A stretch of 63,963 nucleotides of DNA, the filler included, from Octopus bimaculoides (taxonomy: Eukaryota), in NCBI RefSeq assembly GCF_001194135.2. It is 9 parts of 9 records of this genome, joined end to end, with 100 filler letters (N's around TTAATTAATTAA, not from the genome) between each part and the next. Parts side by side here need not be neighbours in the genome. Positions count along the whole stretch, not along the records: positions 62,834 to 63,963 come from NW_026403167.1; 8 more parts are not named here. One strand, given 5' to 3'. The notes below the pieces were generated by a model. The model had not been told where the DNA came from. It saw only the letters and a program-made list of their open reading frames with translations, and made no database searches. Of the stretch, positions 62,834-63,963 are shown piece by piece (position 1 is the stretch's first letter; the number at the start of each line of letters is the position of its first letter). The position numbers were made by a program, and so were the translations under genes.

Positions 62834-63963
62834 AAATGGAACCGGGAAGAATATAAAGAAGTAATATACGCTTATTACTTTGCGTTAAGTAGGCCAACTC
62901 AAGAGAAACACACCGCAGACTTCTACAGAATTTGGAGGAGCCGGAATCCAGCTAGCAGACGAAACATGAATGAAAACAGATTAGCAAATGTCAGAAGAGA
63001 TATCTTCAGAAATACCAGACTCACAGATGCAGAATTAACCTCTATTAAAAAAGTGGTAGAGAATGACCTAAATATAAGTCAGGAAAGAAATAACGAAGCA
63101 GAGAAGGGGAATGTTGGACCACAAGCATTGACTGAAAGGCGACCATCTGCCGAAACCACTCAAGAGCCCGAAGAAAAAGGAGAATATAATGACCATAGGA
63201 AAAACAACCTGGAAATTGATGCCGAAACAGAATTTGAAGATCACATATTTGCTGAACAACACAGAAAATCGATCATTGAAATGAAGCAAGAAGTTCTGAA
63301 TGAGCTTGCAGTTGTAGGGCAAACAAATATGAACAGGAAAATAAGCCATCTATTTTATATGGATGATTTAAAGCTATATGGCAAAGATGATGTAGAGCTT
63401 CAAGGACTATTACATACTGTGAAAAGATTCAGTGATGATATCGGGATGGAGTTTGGCTTTGAAACGTGTGCCAAAGCCAAATTTAAGAAAGGGAAACTGG
63501 TAAAGTCAAGTTCAATAGAATTAGATGTCGAAACAGTAATAAAAGAACTTGAGCAGGAACAAACCTATAAATACCTAGGAATAAATGAAGGCTCTGGTAT
63601 CCAGCATGCAAGCATGAAAGAGAAGGTTAGGAAGGAATGTTATAGAAGAGTTCGAGCAGTTCTGAAGTCTGAGCTGAATGCATATAATAAGGTGTTAGCC
63701 ATAAATTCCTTAGCAGTCCCAGTTGTTCTTTATAGATTAAATGTACTTAACTGGAATACCAGTGAAATAAAGAAAATTGATAGAAAAATCCGCAAGCTAC
63801 TGACTTGCAATAAGATGCACCATCCAAAGGCAGACGTGGATGGTCTTTACCTTCCCAGAGCGCAGGGAAGTTGAGGCTTGATCCAGCTTGAACTTACGTA
63901 CAAACCCACAACGATCGGACTGGCCAAATACCTTGAAACAACTAACGATTGGATGCTGAAACT
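62834..63963 (+). mobile_element. Dong/R4-clade LINE with N-terminal domain fused in frame to RT domains 5-7/thumb
   Basis: KWNREEYKEVIYAYY...RLANVRRDI then HLFYMDDLKLY, GMEFG, YKYLG; open 62834-63871; TGA at 63872 corresponds to CGA in the 45764 copy. Confidence 0.92.

Noticed and set aside
13115-63963. A single multi-gene system combining RT, endonucleases and ribozyme
   Set aside because: The parts belong to unrelated decayed transposons on separate scaffolds joined by artificial linkers

Overview
Eukaryotic, AT-rich, microsatellite-saturated DNA. The repeat landscape (tRNA-headed SINEs, Dong/R4, RTE, CR1, Penelope-like, DD37D mariner, Chapaev3) is what I would expect of a coleoid cephalopod such as Octopus; the species is an inference. 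The window is not contiguous: eight artificial 100-bp spacers (N44-TTAATTAATTAA-N44) join nine short scaffolds (1-19184, 19285-23599, 23700-43560, 43661-45663, 45764-48421, 48522-52728, 52829-60573, 60674-62733, 62834-63963), so adjacency across spacers means nothing. Almost every ORF in the supplied track is a microsatellite or N-gap artefact. The real protein-coding signal is decayed transposon coding sequence plus a few candidate host exons; the best is a phase-compatible pair at 9540-9658 and 11872-12028 that I cannot name. No rRNA, intact tRNA gene, CRISPR array or prokaryotic system is supported. The most unusual locus is 13115-13452: a tRNA-derived SINE-like head linked through a (TAA)n tract to a Penelope-type minimal hammerhead ribozyme fold (one core substitution in this copy), with the head folded back into a long hairpin. 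Other notable observations are modular SINE shuffling, (TAA)n-associated Dong/R4 elements, an in-frame internally deleted Dong ORF, and a Chapaev3-like transposon with both ends and a TAA target duplication.
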